The notes beneath the pieces are model-generated. The model was not told the DNA's origin. It did not search any database and was given only the letters and a program-made list of their open reading frames with translations. From the NCBI GenBank assembly GCA_013239625.1, contig MU054400.1, positions 1,409,146 to 1,473,145 on the forward strand: a stretch of DNA of 64,000 nt, written 5' to 3'. The translations under genes were made by a program, and so were the position numbers. Below are positions 30,791 to 53,997 of the stretch, in pieces. The DNA comes from Lama guanicoe (lineage: Eukaryota). Positions within the stretch are counted from its first letter, which is position 1. Each line of letters begins with the position of its first letter.

Positions 30791-32532
30791 ATATAGACAT
30801 ATAGATGGCATTTAAAGTCATGATATGGCTGGGCTCATCTCAGAATGGTGCAGACCTGGGAAGCTAGAGGTTGAGGAGAAGCAAAGGGGGCAATGAAGGA
30901 AGAGTAATGTCCTGGATGCTAAGAGTTTTAGGAGTGATTAACTGTGTCAAATCAAAGTGAGAAGAAATAACCACTGGACTTGACAACAGAGATGGGGCAA
31001 AGCCTAGGAGTCTAGTCATATGGGAAAGAAGGGGACGACAAAGGGAGCTGGGGCATCCCCAACAGATGTGGGCTGAGCCTAGAGGCAAGGCTCGGTTACA
31101 GAGTAGGAGAAATCTTGAGGCTTGACTTTGCAACCTGTGATCAATGGAGAGGCCCCAGCCAGGACCTGTCATGGCCAACATGGTGGTGCTGGTGGGGTGT
31201 CAGGATGGCCATCTTGTCCGGGCCTCACCTTCACCGAGCCACAGATTTAGACTTTTAATGTTGCTTCCAAATGGTTGTACAGGTAGTCTTTTGTATTTTT
31301 GTTCATTAGAATGTCAAAATTTTAGAATACACAGTTTTTATAACCATGTTCCTTCCATTTTTAATATGCCAGAAGTCCTAAGATGTGAGAGGCCTGGGTT
31401 TTACTCAGCCTTGGAGCAGGGCCAGGAGGAGGGTGAAGAAAGTGCAGGGTCCCTGGGAGGGTACACCTCAGGGACATCTCTGGCCTCACCCTAGTCCCAC
31501 TGGCCCCAACCACTTCAGACACCACTAGATAGTGTGCCTGCTTCCTATTCCTACCCCTGGGAGCCTCCACAGAAGTGGCGGGGAGTGGGGGGGTCCTGGA
31601 GAAGGTAGACTGGAGAGGGGAACTCCTGCTCTGGGTGGAGGTGTGAATGATATCCTGGAAACTCAGAAAAAGCAGATGGAGAATGATTATGCCTTTCAGC
31701 TCAAAAGTGGCTGCACACTGCCACCTCGTGGTCATCCAGGGTAGGACTCCCAGGACTGCTTCCAGAACGGCACTGGCAGGGAGCAAGACTGAGACACACA
31801 CACACCACCCCACTCAGCTCTGAATCTCTTACATTATGGCATTCAAACCTGGAGAGAATCTTACTAAACATGCTGATCTCAAGGCCTCATCCCAGAAGAA
31901 CTGATCTGTGGGGACTGGGCATAATCTGTAGAGTCAACAAGCCTGCTGGGTGATTTCTGGGAACACTAACGTATATTGTAAAAAAAAAGAAATACTGTCA
32001 TAAACTGAATCACATGGCAAGGGAGAGCCCTTCCTGAGGCCCCTAAGAATTAGAGGTTTTCCTGCTGCTCAGACACAAAAAGAAATGAAACTGTTCAACA
32101 GGTCTTTATTAACAGAGACAGACAGAGAATGCGGCAAGGGCAGTGTCTGGAAGCTGTGATGGGTGTGTGTGTTTGTGCACGCGCAGAAAAGGATTTCTCT
32201 AGGCCAGAGATGGCCCCCTGGACCTAGGCCCACCCCTCCAGGTCCTCTCCCCAGCAGTGGGCCCTGAGCTGAGGTCAGCCTCCCCATCATACCCTGGAGG
32301 GAGGTGTGACCTCAGCACTTTCCACATTCTTCTGGTTCTCCAGCTAACTGGGTTGCAGAGAGTGGGAGACAGGTCATGAGGGTACTTGCATAGCAGGGAA
32401 CAGAATGGGGTAAGGCATATGGTGAGGACAGGGAGGTGAAGGGGAATGGTATCATAGCTGCAGGTAAAGGGAGCCTCCAAAGGCAGCTCCTCTTCTCCCT
32501 TATCCGCCCCCCCCCCCCCCCCCATTGATTCT

Positions 32533-32727
32533 NNNNNNNNNNNNNNNNNNNNNNNNNNNNNNNNNNNNNNNNNNNNNNNNNNNNNNNNNNNNNNNNNNNN
32601 NNNNNNNNNNNNNNNNNNNNNNNNNNNNNNNNNNNNNNNNNNNNNNNNNNNNNNNNNNNNNNNNNNNNNNNNNNNNNNNNNNNNNNNNNNNNNNNNNNNN
32701 NNNNNNNNNNNNNNNNNNNNNNNNNNN
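32533..32727. other. Assembly gap (195 N) in the SIGMAR1 3' UTR
   Basis: N run flanked by C homopolymers on both sides. Confidence 0.99.
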
Positions 32728-33167
32728 CCGCCCCCCCCCCCCGCCAGTTGCTGCTGGGTTGAAGGGTCAGACCCAGGCAGTTGGTAATCGCCACTCCCAC
32801 CCCTAACTCCAGAGCCCTGACTAGGGGCAGAGCTCTGGAAAGGCCTGAGTTAGTGAGTCAAGCTTGTGGTATGTGAGGTCGAACATGACTGGCCTTCTTA
32901 GTATACGTGGGGCTCCCTCTTTGGATGGGTGTGAACACGTGATGCTGCTGTACACAACGGATTCAGTATCTGAATGTGTGTCCCATATGTTCCCATGAGT
33001 CTCTGTGTCTGGTTGTATAAGCATGTATGTTCCTGCTTGGACACCAGGAACTCAGTATCTGCATGTTGTGGGTACGTCCCTGTCTTTTCACCTGGGCTCC
33101 AGCAAGTGGATGTATGCGGGCCCGCCCGCTCCTGTCCATCCACAGGTTCTCCTTCAGGCCTGGCTGG

Positions 33168-35300
<2,133 letters not shown>

Positions 35301-36944
35301 CGGGACTTGTGATGGTTAAGGGCCCCCTTATGTAGCGCAGAAAGTGGGAGGAGGCTCTTCAACTTGGGAACGTTAAGGAAGGCGTTTTGGAGGCAGTGAC
35401 ACCTGAGCATTGTCTTTAAGGAGAGAGATGCGAAGAGCATTCTAGTGAGCCAATGAAACCTACTCCAAGAGCAAAGGCACAGAGGAGAGACACAGCGTGG
35501 GGTCTTCCGGGGCGTACAATTCATTCGTTATTCTGAAGCACAAGATGTGAGAGGAGGACCTTGTCAACCAACTAAAAGTTATCAGCCAGGGAGTGATAAA
35601 GGAAGAGAAGCAAAAGAGAAAAGAGGCAGCATAGTGCAGTGAGACTGAGTTACACTGAACTGACTGGGTTAAAAGCCTGGCTCCTGCCACCTACTAGTAG
35701 TGTGATCTTGGGCAAGTTACTTAAACTCTTTGTGACTCAGTTTTCTCACCTGTAAAATGAAATGAGTTACTATTTATAAAGCAATTAGTGTCTGGCACCT
35801 GGTGTCATATGTGTTAGTTATATAAGTAAAACATAAAGGGAAGAGCACAGGAAGAGTGTAGCTACGCACATGAGAGTAATGGAATGAAGGATCAACAGCC
35901 AAATATAACTGAGTGGTCTTATAAAATGATGGGAAATGGTCATTGGGTTTCCCAGTAGGGCATGTAGGAGATGATACTATACACTCACAAATCCACTCCA
36001 TTTATTCTTGGGCAGCCAGGTTACATGCCAGTCTACTCTGTAGTTAGATGAGTCCACGTGATTGTGTTCTGGCCAGTGAAATATGGGCAGAAATGATGTT
36101 CACCGCTTTCAGGGCTGGGTCCTAAAATCTGTGAAATCTTGACATTCTCTCTCCTCCCTTCTCTATTATCACAGTTACACACAATTAAGTAGTTGGTGGA
36201 GAATCCTGAATGCTGCCTGGGACAGAGCTCCCCCTTTCCCCGACAATGGACTGTGGTGCTAAGTCACTGAGTTTGGGGGTTATTTGTTACAGCAACTAAG
36301 ATTATTTACCCTGACTATTACAGGGCAAAAGATGTGTTACAGTGTACTGTGCAGGTTAAGAGTAAAGGCTGGGAAGATGGACTGTTTTTCTGAGAAACTT
36401 GACCAAGAAGGGAAAAATAAAGAAGGGATTATTTAGAGGAAAATGCAGGATTGAGGGAGCATGTTTTTGTATTGGCTCTGGCTTCTGTGGTACTCTTGAG
36501 CAGACCATTCTTTAAGAACCCTGAGTAGCAAGGACTAGCCCTCATATCTGACCTCTGTCTCCCTGTTTCAGGCAGAATCCTCTTGGACCGTCTAGGCTCC
36601 CCTATCCGGTCTTTCAGAAAGCTTCTCCAGCACATGCTGTTTAAAAAAAAAAAAAGGAGTGTCTTTTGTGCCTTAAGAGAGTCTGTGACACCCCACGAAG
36701 GAGAATAAGGGCTGCACTCATAGCCATCTTCCCTAGATACTCTATTAGAGATCCCACCTCTGGATCTTGGAGAGAAAGGGCTAGGTAAGCCCTATCTCAG
36801 CCATTCTCCTCTTCCTCAGAAAAGTGACTTTGGGGAGACACAGAAGGAGGAGAGAGATTTGGAGATGTTCCTCTAGAGATATTTCTGAAGAGGATCAGGA
36901 GTTAGTTAGCATGATCCACGGAGTGGTACAGAAGCATCAGTGTT

Positions 36945-36990
36945 TGTAAAATGATTATAAATCAATAAAAAAATGCTTAAAAAAAAAAAA
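36945..36990 (+). mobile_element. 46-bp 5'-truncated retroposon (L1-like 3' end + polyA) with 14-bp TSD
   Basis: Perfect TSD GAAGCATCAGTGTT at 36931-36944 and 36991-37004, flanking TGTAAAATGATTATAAATCAATAAAAAAATGCTT(A)12. Confidence 0.8.
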
Positions 36991-37074
36991 GAAGCATCAG
37001 TGTTCTTGGGAAAACCGAGCTGCCTCCAAAATCCAGCCACTCAAAGGATGAAGACAGCTGAGAGAGTAGAAAAT

Positions 37075-38375
37075 GTCGCTTGAAGAAAAACACACAACCT
37101 AAAAGTTTTGAGTTAAATTTTAACCTTATGGAGAACTATAGGTATAGCTGGTGCGAACGAAAATACTGCAACCATATAAGTAAACAAAGAATGCTGAAAC
37201 CAAGTCATCAGCGGCTGCCGCCACCCCCCAGTAAAGACAAGCCTGCAGCCTGGCCTCTGCAGCCACTCACAATGGTGCACTCTGAGCAGACTCACAATAA
37301 GAAAGGACAGGATACTGGCCCTAGATAGCTAGGTGCTTATCAGAGGAATGAATTCAATGAGCCTGTGAGCTGGCCTTGAGATGAGTTAAGGCCATGGGAC
37401 TCAAGGCCACAATCAGAGCATGTTTGTAGTATGCAGTAAATAATTGCTGTACTCATGCATCAATTATATAAGATTTAAAACAAAGAAAATAGAAGTACGC
37501 ATGTGCTAGAGATAATTCTATAGGCCTAATAAACAAAGAAACTCACATTGTGCACATGCTGGCAGAGAACAGGTAAAAAGCAGGACAGGTGCATCATAGG
37601 CGCGCACCTCCCTGTGGCAATAAAGTGTTGTTAACCTCATGGTGTCTCCTGCTAAAGTCTGTCTGACGGTATGGCAACTCCTCGTGCATTTTTTTGTTTG
37701 GGCCACTCATCTCCTAAAACCCCACATCAGCCCAAATGTTTGCTTCCTCCGATACATAGAAAAGCACTAAATTTTTTAACTTGAGATGCCTGGTTTTCTT
37801 TAGATAACAAGCACTCTTTTATTGTTCCAACTACCTGGTCTTTGTAGGATATGAAGCTCTTATATATCCTAGCTCCTCCCCCACCTCTTCTGAGCAGTCC
37901 CTCGGAGCGATCTGAGGGGCTGTCATTCCGGCTCGAGTCCTCCCGCCAAATAAAACATAACTCTCAACTTTTAGGCTGCGCGTTTATTCCAGTCGACACC
38001 AGGGAGACAGCCTCTCAGACAGCTCTGAGGAAATGCTTCAAAGAGATAAGGGAGGAGCCAAGATATATAGGAGAGTTTTTTTTTTTGCAGGAAAAAACCT
38101 ATCTAGTAGAACATCAAAAAATTACTGCTAATGCCCCAAACAGACATCTCAAGTTAAGGATTTTCTGTGTTTGGGAAGATTTGAGAATCTGGGTCCATTG
38201 AAATTATTCCTTAGCTATGCATCTTGACTATCTAGAGCCAGTGTCCAAAGTGCTTCCTGTCATTCTCCATTCTGAATTCCTCTCAGGGCGCACTTGGGGG
38301 TGGGGGCTGCTGTGGCTGATGCAGTGGCAATATTTGTTGTTTACTGGAGTGGCAGGTGACATTCTCTTTCCACAA
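37075..38375. mobile_element. Nested ERV-type LTRs
   Basis: Inner element ends AAATAAAACATAACTCTCAACTTTTAGGCTGCGCG...GTCGACA (~37999). The outer element starts with the reverse-complement-like motif CACAACCTAAAAGTT..GAGTT (~37093). Confidence 0.55.
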
Positions 38376-38992
38376 AACGCTGATCTTCTATCCCCCTTGC
38401 CTCCCCATACCTTGAGCAGCCAGTGGGAAAGGTAAAACTGCTTTCTCAGCTTCCAGCTCCCTGCCCGCCCCCTCAGATTCCAGTCTGAGGCCCCTAGGGC
38501 AGAGGTAAGGTAAACGACCTATGACCCAGTTTTTACAACCGAGCTCCACAAAAACACCTGGCTTGTCCTGGCCTGGCTTGGGGGAGGGGGCCTCCCTGCT
38601 ACTGCCCAGCTTCTAGTTCACTAGGTTTCTATCTTGAGGCTCCCTGAAGTCTTAGAGGCATTTCAAAGCATTAAGAGGAGCGGAAACTTGGTTTCAAATC
38701 TCAGCTTGGCCACTTATTCTCTGGGTGATCTCGAGGCCTCTGTTCTTCACTATGGAATGGGGAGGAAGTAAAGACAATATTTAAATGGCTCTTTAAAAGT
38801 GCCAAGGGAGGAAATAATTTGAATGTTATCCTAGTGTTAGCCAATTGGTTTGATCTAAGGAAATGTTGGAGAAGGAAAGGGAATGTGTAAAGGAAATAAT
38901 CCTGACCCCACCTAGACGGTGGCTAGAGCTACTGACAGGCTGTACTCCTCACATTTTCAGATTTCTTACCCTGTCCACTTCTTGTGCTTTCG

Positions 38993-38995
38993 GTG

Positions 38996-39027
<32 letters not shown>

Positions 39028-39029
39028 GG

Positions 39030-39060
<31 letters not shown>

Positions 39061-39061
39061 A
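38993..39061. repeat. Compound microsatellite (GT)n-(GC)n-(AC)n
   Basis: Directly visible in the sequence. Confidence 0.95.
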
Positions 39062-39549
39062 TGGAAGTGCCTCCGAATATGGTTACTTAGACTCTTTTTC
39101 CCCAAACTTGTTGCTGCTGCCTGGTGGAGATGGGGTATGGTTATGGTGATATACCCACTCCTCCAGGTAGTACCTGAGGCCAGGTTTAAGCTGAAGCAGA
39201 TCAAGCCCCACAGCCCCCTACTCCGACTCCCCTATCCTTCCTCCATCATAGTCACTGAGTAGGTAAGTGAGGTGATTATAGATCCAGGGTTATACCCTTA
39301 TGTGACCCTACAATGTAAGCTCTGGGAAGGCAGAGGCCATGCCTGACTTACGCAACAAGGGTATCCCTTTGCTCTACATGGAGCCTAGGTGCCCGACACT
39401 CAGCAAATATTTGCTGAATGAATGACCAAAAGAATAATTTAATGCAGCAAAGAAATCCTGTAAGCGTCCTGGAGCCGAAGCATCTGTAGTAAGGAGCTTT
39501 TACAGTGGGTCTTCCAGCGTAGTGGCTTTAGCCTTTGGCGGAATGGGAT

Positions 39550-42865
<3,316 letters not shown>

Positions 42866-44349
42866 CCACGCTGACCACAGGGCCTTCTGCCTGAGGGAAC
42901 CAGGGCCTAGGGTTTGGGCAGATGTGGGATAAATAAAACTGCTTCTCAAACTTTAATCACATATCCTAACGCCAAAGGAGTGTGAACTCTGATCCTCGGG
43001 GGCCTGGGGTTGAAGGCTGAAGGCACAGCTCCGGCCACAACTTTTCTTTGCCTACAGATGTGCAAAAACTTAAGGATATAACCTCTCCCCACCACTGCTT
43101 GCCCCAAGTCTCTGAACAAAATTAATACTCAGTGTCATTTCTGGCCTATAGATACTCTTACTTCTAGAGTAACAAAGATACCAGTTCAAAAGTGTTTTAG
43201 AATCCTTTGTTCTTGTCTGTCACTGAGGCTTTGGGAGGGCCAGTGCCCCCTTTACAGCCATCCCTAGGGTGTCAGCTCACCCAAGCCTGGGACTGAGGGT
43301 TTGGTGGGGAGTGAGTGAGCAGGATCCTAGTCCCAGTGGTCAGTGGCCAGACACTGGGCTGCTGGCCAGAACCCTGGCTTTGTGAGCGGCTGCACCTTGG
43401 CTCTGCTCCAGCCCACAGGGGCTGAAGGGGCGGGTAGGGAACGTGTACGTGGCTTTGTGTCCTTGGCTTTTCCAGACTCCCACGTGCAGCATGCATGCAC
43501 AGGCTCTACACACCTCTGTTGCCCCTGCGCCCCATTGTTGCACAGGGCTGAAGATGGCTTTGGGAGGGGAAGGGCTGCCAGAGTTAGAAGCCTCAGGGCC
43601 TAGAAGAAGGGCATGATTTTTGGAGTAACCCTGGGTCACCTCCCCTCTGGACCTGTTTCTTTGGCAAGGATGTGTAACTGTGTGAGAACAAGCCATGCAG
43701 CCCAGGAGACATGATGTCACCTAAGGTCTTCCAAACTTTCAGGTCAGGATGGGGGCTTGTGAGCAATGCATAGACAACCAGAGTGCTTTTCCTCTCCATT
43801 CTTCTCAAGGGAATTGAGTCTCTGGGAGGGGAAATCATGCAAGGCTGGAGAGTGATGACCTGACCCAGGAAAAGCTTGGCTACCTGCTTTCTAGTCCAGG
43901 ATTCTTCCTTGAGACACTGTAGGGGACGGTTCAGGACTTGGAGTGTTGCCCTGGTCGGGAAGATGCTCAGACAAACATGGTGCACATTTCCCTTGAGCCC
44001 CCATTGACTGGGGAGTGGACAAGAAGTTTCTTAAGAGAATGAGACACACCCACCCCCCTGATCCTACACCTTTGATTTGGCTGCATTTTGGAATCATTTG
44101 GGGGAATTTTAAACAATACTGATTTAATTGGAATGTGGCTTGGCAGTTTTAAAACCACAATGTCCAGGGAAGTTTAAGAATCACTGCCTTACACCAGTCC
44201 GTCCACCTCCTTCCCTATCTTATCTGGAGTCAGGGGCACCTTCAGCTTCTCCAGTCACCTGCCCAGTGGCTCCTGAGCCACCGACCTTAAGGCTTTGTTT
44301 GCAGACAGCTGGGAGGGGGAGGGGCCCGAGGGCTTCTGGTCCTGCAGCC

Positions 44350-44750
44350 CCAGGAGGCGAGGCCTGCGGGCCAGGACCCAGGAATCCGGCTCCAGACTCG
44401 GTCCCCAGGCAGCCTCCTCGGTCCCGGACGGGACAGGAAGTGTCCGGCCGAGGTGGGGGTGGAGGTGATTGGCAGTCGGAGTCTCCAATGGGCCGAGACC
44501 CCCCCTATTTCACCCCTCTCCTTCCATTGGTGCCTGGGCGGAGCCGCCCCCACGGCGGGGCCCCAGGGCGGGAGGGAGTAGCGGCCGGGGCAGAGGGCGA
44601 GGGCGAGGGCGGAGGGCGCTTGCGGCGGCGGCCGCGGAAGGTGAGGCCTGATGGGGCCGCGGGTGCGCAGGCGGGAGCCTTGCCAGCAGAGGGCGGGGCG
44701 GGTGGTGTGGGATTTGAAGGGCCCGGCGTGGCGGGCGCGCTGTCAGTGTG
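44350..44750 (+). promoter_or_regulatory. CpG island with probable non-coding exon 1 of IL11RA
   Basis: CpG-dense, ETS GGAAGT ~44436, CCAAT/ATTGG pair 44468-44489, donor AAG|GTGAGG at 44640. Confidence 0.65.
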
Positions 44751-47565
44751 AGTGTGTGTGAGACCGGCAGACTGTGTGTGACGATGTCAGTGTGTGAGAC
44801 GCCGCAACAGTGTCACTTGGTGCAACCCTCAGCTAACGTGACTGCGGGTGTCACTGTGCATGTGGCTGAGTCTGCATGTGGCTGGGCCAGTGTGGGATGC
44901 TGTGCGCGTCTGTCATTGTGCAGTTTGGGGGCAGAGACTGGGTCGTGTGTTCGTGTGTGCGTGTGAGAGGGCCTGCGACCACATCAGGAAATGTGTCTTG
45001 AGAAGGTCTCCGTGGGGTTTGAGATTGTATCTGCCAGCGTGAGAGTGGGTGGCTGGGTGTGTGTGTGTCAGTGTGCGACTTCAGCAGTGGCAGAGTAAGA
45101 ATGAGACTTGCGCTCTGCGTGTGTCCGGTGTCCTGTTAGACTGTGGAGGAGTGGGTATGCATTTTGGGGACTGACTTCTGTAGCCAGTGGGTCTGATCTT
45201 TCTACTCAGTGGCCGGCATAGACAGACCCATCCCCAACACACTTGGCTTCCCCTCCTTTCTGTGTTGGAGAATCCTTGTCAGTGGTCCACTGCTCCTTAT
45301 TTTGTTTCCCTGTCTGCCTCAGTTTCTTATATGTCTTTTTCTCTCCCTACTACTGCCTTCCTAGAGTTGACACTCTCTGTGTCTCTTCACACTTTTGTCT
45401 CCCCAGGTATCTCGGTGTATCTCCTTTTAAGTCCTGCCTCTCGAGTTCTCTGCATCTCTGTCTCTCCCTGTACCTCCAGTGTCTGACTCCCCTGTTCACC
45501 TTTGTCTCTTTGGCTATCTGGGGGCCTGGACCTGCGATGTGGGGTATCTGCTATGCTAAGTGCTCCCTGCAAGAGGGGGCTTAAACTGTGAAGAGGAGTT
45601 GGTTTTAGGGAATGCTGTGACCCCATTCCAGGGGCAGAGTGCTAAGTGTGTGTGTGTGACTGTGCAAGGAAGAGTAAGATGTGTGGCTCTGTGTGTGTGT
45701 GTCCAGGCATGTGTAAATGTTAAGTGTCTTGAATCTGAGTGAGAATGTCTGAGTGTATCAGTGTAACTGTGAGTGACTGTATCTGAGAGCATGTGTCTGA
45801 GGGTAAGTGTGGGTCTTGTGTATCTGGCACCAGGGGACCAAAGGCATTTCCTGGTGTTGGGGCCTAAAGAGTAGAGGGGGAGGTGAGAAATGGCTGTAAC
45901 GTCAAGGGGAGGGGGAACTGGACTCTTTGGCTTTTCTTTATATCCCCCAACATGGGGCCTCTCTTCCCCTTAAAACACAGCCAGCTGTGCCCTAAGGAAA
46001 TATTTGCTGGGGAGTGAAAAGAGTAGGAACACAAATATGTGTCTGATTTTTCATTTGATTGTGTCCACGTGCGTTCAGGGAGTGTTTTTGTTGACTGTGC
46101 CTAATGGGTCCACATGTGAATGTGCCTGTGTGAAAACACAGGGAATCTCACTGTCAGGGACATAAGCAGCCCTCCTTTCCCCTCTTGCTGTGCCTGGCTG
46201 TGCCTGTGGCTTCCTTTCCAGACTGGGGGGAGGCCTCTTCCCTTCCCAGGGCCTTGGGTGGGAGGGGGTGGGAGGAGAGGAGGGGGAGGGGGCCTGGCTA
46301 GGGGCGGCTGAGCACCGGGGCCCAGAGGGGCGGGGGCAGGGAAGGGGAAGGAGGGGACAGTTCTGGGGTCCCAGAACTGAGTGGAGCTGAGACGGGTGCT
46401 GAAGCTGGTGGGAGGAAGTCCTGGAGGCCATGGACACACAGCCACTGGGATCACCGAGGTAGGGCGGGGCTGAGTGGGATAAATATGGCTGGGTGAGCCA
46501 CGAGACACACTCAGACAGACACACAGACATGTGGAGGCCCCTGCTCAGCTCTGCTGGGGAAGGGTCTGTGCTCGCCCTCTTCTGGAGCCCTCGCCCAGGG
46601 CCCTCTCCCCATCTGCCTCTTCTCTTGTCCTCATTCCCACTTCCCCACTGCCTTCTTCCTCCTGCTTTCCCACATCCAGATGCCTCTCTTCTAGCACCCC
46701 TCCACCCCCAGTGTACACATGGTTGGTTACCTTTTCGGCCTTTCTAACACCCTGCTGCCCCAGCCCAGCCCCAGACTCATTGAGCCCCCATAGCCTTCCA
46801 GTCTTGATCTCTGATCAGCTCTTTGTCCTGTGGCCCCCACTCTAGGCCCCTGTTCCTGCAGGCTCCCAGCTTCTCTCAGCCTCCTCTCCCCTCCCCGCCA
46901 CCCTGTCTCCATCTGCTGGCTCCTCGCCCGCCCCCAGCCTCTGGCAGCAGCCAGGGCATCTGGATCTGCTTAACTCTGCAGCCTCAGCCTGCACCCTAGC
47001 CCCATCCAGCCTCACAGGCTTGAGACCAACAAGATTCCAGACTCAGGCCCAGATGAGTGGCCCAAGTAGCCAGAGCAAGGAGCCAGACCCAGGCAAGAAG
47101 AGGCCTGGCAGCCAGAGTGGGGCTCGGCCTCATAGTGGGAGTAGGGGGTTGGCGCAGACCCACCATGACAGTCCCCACCCCAGGTGATGAGGACGGCCTC
47201 AGGTCAGTCAGAGGCAACGACTAGCCTTGGGCCAGGTGAGGATGGACACCGGAATTCCCAACAGCTGGACTGGAGGAGTTAATGGGAGTGACTGAGCCAT
47301 TGCCAGCACTTGGTGCCAGGGGTGGGCGCCAAGGGTGGTGCGGGGGGTGGTGCTGGCACAGTCTGTCGCCTCCGGCTTTTGTTCTGGGCCCTAAGCCCAT
47401 GACTGAGAAGGAGGGGTGTGTGTGCGCGCGCGCGCATGTGCCCCCAAGCGCACACGCATGCATGCATGCTCACAGCCCTGGTGTACGGTGGAAAGGGGAC
47501 ATTGTGTCAGATCCCCCAATCATTTCTAATATCCTTACCACTCCTGGAAGCTGTTTTCCTCCTAG

Positions 47566-52798
<5,233 letters not shown>

Positions 52799-53308
52799 AG
52801 GACCCTGAAGGGCTTCAGCTGATTCCACCTATAACTCTGTCTTGCTGGTATAGATGGAAGGAGAGGTGGAACCAGGCAGGACAGTAGATCCCTGTGGAGG
52901 CGGGATCTCAGCTGGAAGTTCTATTCGGAGCCCATTTCTATGAGACTCTGTGTTCCAAACTTACCAGCTGAAAGGTACCTGGACCTCTGACTTCATCCCA
53001 GAGCTGGAGGTCCGCCTGAGGAATGTGTGCAGATGTGTATGTTTGTGTCCATGTGTGCCAAGTGCATGTGAGGCAGGGAACATGTGTTCTCTGCATGTAT
53101 ATATATAGGTACCTGGGGAGTGTGTGTGGGTCCTTGGCTTTTGGCCTTGCCCCTGGCGAGGGTTGCGAAGGTGTGAATAAAGGGAATGAGGAGGTTCTTC
53201 TGTTTATTGACATGTCTCCCAGCTCCAGATTCAGGACTCATGGGAGAGCGCATAGAACTTGGAGACCACAGTCAAAGACTACTGTCCAATGATACTTTAT
53301 TATTTTGG

Positions 53309-53997
53309 CTATTGGGGGCCCTGGCCCATTTTTCCTGCCGGCCCCAAACTCAGGTTGGGCAGAATCCCCTGGAGTGTCCTCCCTTGGCGCTCAAACCACC
53401 GAACCAGGCTGCGGTTCTGGGGGTGGATGCAGACGCTGCGTCGAGACAGGTGAAGCCTGGGAAAGGAAAGGTGCAAAGCCATAGTCATAACTTACAGATG
53501 AGGTTAAGGCCCAGGGGTTAGAGGCCAAGGCCAGATGAAAACCTGAATTGGCATCAGAATTAGCAGTTGGGGCTGGGTTGAGATCAGCATCAGGGGTTGG
53601 GACTGAGGTCAGAGTTAGGGGTCAAATCAGGGGCAGGGTCAAAGCTCACACAAAGGCCTGGAGGTGACAGTCCCCATCAGCTTCCTGCAGTTCCACTCGG
53701 ACGACCTTCCTCAGTAGCTTGCTTGAGAGTGGCTGTCGGTAGAGCTGAGTACAGCATGCAGTGCTGGGTGGCAGTAGCAATACTAGGGGACAACGGGACC
53801 ATGTGTCCAGAGGGCTTCTGACCCAAAACTTCTCCATCAGACAGCTGGAGGCTGGGCTTCCTGGGTCCCTGTCCCTCCATCCCATTCACCGAGACCCAGG
53901 CCTTTTAGACCCTCAGACACTCACCCGCTTCAGGGTCTGGGCTCAGGAGCAACAGTAGCAGCAGCAGGAGGCTGCTGACAGGTGAGGGCCCCTTCAT
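53309..53997 (-). CDS. CCL27: C-C motif chemokine 27 (CTACK/ILC/ESkine), 3 exons, 117 aa
   Basis: Exons 53925-53997, 53650-53782, 53309-53456 total 354 nt: MKGPSPVSSLLLLLLLLLSPDPEA-VLLLPPSTACCTQLYRQPLSSKLLRKVVRVELQEADGDCHLQAFVLHLSRRSVCIHPQNRSLVRWF...KMGQGPQ*. Four Cys intact. TATA-like GATAAAA 54045-54051, AP-1 TGAGTCA 54079-54085, minus-strand AATAAA 53296-53301. Confidence 0.94.
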
